Source of the DNA: Pseudogymnoascus verrucosus
Taxonomy: Eukaryota
DNA: 64,000 nucleotides
Reading direction: 5' to 3' (one strand)
Assembly: GCA_001662655.1 (NCBI GenBank)
Contig: KV460210.1
Position numbers and translations under genes: made by a program
Shown: one piece after another, positions 62,473 to 64,000 of the stretch
How positions within the stretch are numbered: the first letter of the stretch is position 1
How the letters are laid out: each line of letters opens with the position of its first letter
Notes under the pieces: model-generated
The model's database searches: none
Told to the model about the DNA's origin: nothing
Seen by the model: the letters and a program-made list of their open reading frames with translations, nothing else

Positions 62473-64000
62473 ATGGATCCTCCGCCGCGGCCGTCGATGG
62501 ATCGCTTCCGGATCCGTGTTGCTGTCTTTTCTCCAGAAGAGGCTCATAATCTGGAGGCAGTCCCGAAACATACTTTCGTTATTGCGAGGAGCCAGCATTT
62601 CCCCCTCCAAGATCTTCCCCTCCGCGAACTGCGTGACGTTGCGATAAGAAGATACAAGGACATATACCCCCAGGAGTCGTGAGTCCCCCCGTTGAAATTT
62701 TATCCTGCTGTGTCACTGATTTCATTTCCTGCCAGGCTGTTCCAAATCGCCCAGTCTACAGATGCTTATGGCGCCGACCTATACCTCAACGATCGCGTGG
62801 GCGACATATTCGCGGACAATGAAGTCTTGAGAGTTATCAAGGGCTCATCTATCAGAGACTCCCTGCCCCCAGACTACGTGAATGGGAGAGCCGGCAGTGT
62901 CCAGCCCAGCTATCCACTACAGCGAAAGCGATCCCCCGCCACTTCGAATCTCGGAGACAATTCAAGGGCTGGCAAGAGGCAAAAGGTTTACAGGCCAGAC
63001 GATCCAGTCCCGTCACGCGAGCGCGACCCATCCGACTCCGAGGAGGAGAATGTACTGCCAGAAGACATACTCATCGACGAGGTCATCCCCGATTCGCAGG
63101 TAAACGAGGTCGAAGATGTCGCTAGGCATATCAAGCAGGAGAAGCCCTCCCAAGCAAGCCGGCCAAGTTATAACCCGCCATCTCCAGTCCTAGGCTACAG
63201 AGACGATGGGGGAGTCGTTATTTCTGACTCTCAGGGGAAAGAAACATCAGGACGAAATACCACCCGGCAGACCCGTCAATCACTTCGAAATACCACCGAA
63301 GCCCGGGAAGATCTTCAAATAGCTGCAAAAGCCACCCCAAAACCGAGCAATGGCGCAGCTCGCCGTCCGTCAAATAAAAGGCGCGAGCGGTCTGATGACA
63401 TCTCGGATTTCGAAGAACATACGTCTATCACACCGACCATCACGCCGTCGCGAGGAATCTCAGATACTTATAGTGATTTCGAGACCGACATCGAACAGCC
63501 TTCCAGTTTTCTCAGGCGACGTGGCCGCGTTACTCCCCTGCGCAAAAACAAGAAGGCCTCACCGATCTCTGCAAAGCCGAAAGTAATACAATATGGAAAG
63601 AAGGCAGCAACTAAGAGCAAAGCAAGCGGTTCAGACAACTCAACACCTAAAGCAATTACACCATCCACTCCTGCAATCACTCCTCGTTCGGCAAGTATGG
63701 CAAACAGTGGCCCTATACTGCCAGGTATGACTCGTCAACCCGATAGTGCTTCAACCGACAACGTCGATGACAAGAGTGAGGAGGGTGTGGACGCAGGAGC
63801 CGAAGAGGCTGCACAAGAGGTTTCAAGGCTTACATCTGAATCGGCGGGAAAGAAACGCGCCGCGGAACTAGAACAGGAGAGTCGTCGCACAGGTCAATCC
63901 GAAGGGAGACCAGAAAAGGCAATGGATCAGGCTAGGATTGAAAGAGAGGCAGTCGAGAAAAAGAGTACTGCTACAGCCATTGCTACGGCAAAGATAAAGG
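62473..64000 (+). CDS. Nucleolar Net1/Tof2/Dnt1-like protein (Cdc14-binding N-terminal domain); truncated by the window edge
   Basis: LRELRDVAIRRYKDIYP..|LFQIAQSTDAYGADLYLNDRVGDIFADNEVLRVI resembles the Cytokin_check_N pattern. One intron at 62679-62735, then an open low-complexity frame to the end. Confidence 0.65.

Overview
This is a gene-dense window from a filamentous ascomycete (Pezizomycotina-type short GT-AG introns with CTAAC/CTGAC branch points, and RIP-like transposon decay). It holds about 28 intron-containing protein genes. Housekeeping genes include ATP11, PPWD1/cyp15, eIF3b, CCT2, IRE1, HEL2, PRE3, a PHO85 cyclin and an acetoacetyl-CoA synthetase. Accessory genes include a PhyH dioxygenase plus Zn2Cys6 pair between RIP-decayed TE remnants, an AA9 LPMO, a GDSL esterase, a secreted orphan and a divergent Pch2/TRIP13 ATPase. 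The most striking feature is non-coding. At 23.6-24.8 kb on the minus strand lies a tandem array of six 91-105-nt box C/D-like RNA units. Each has a conserved terminal stem, C and D boxes and a central hairpin, and carries two different 12-20-nt spacers. The array sits downstream of a TATA box and a repeat-rich leader, so it looks like a duplicated dual-guide RNA cassette with diversified guides. Other items worth checking are a stand-alone Copia Gag-like gene with a 5'-UTR intron, two orphan genes interrupted by single in-frame TAG codons, and domain-scale C-to-G strand skew inside genes. All calls come from reading the sequence by eye with no database searches, and some exon boundaries are approximate.
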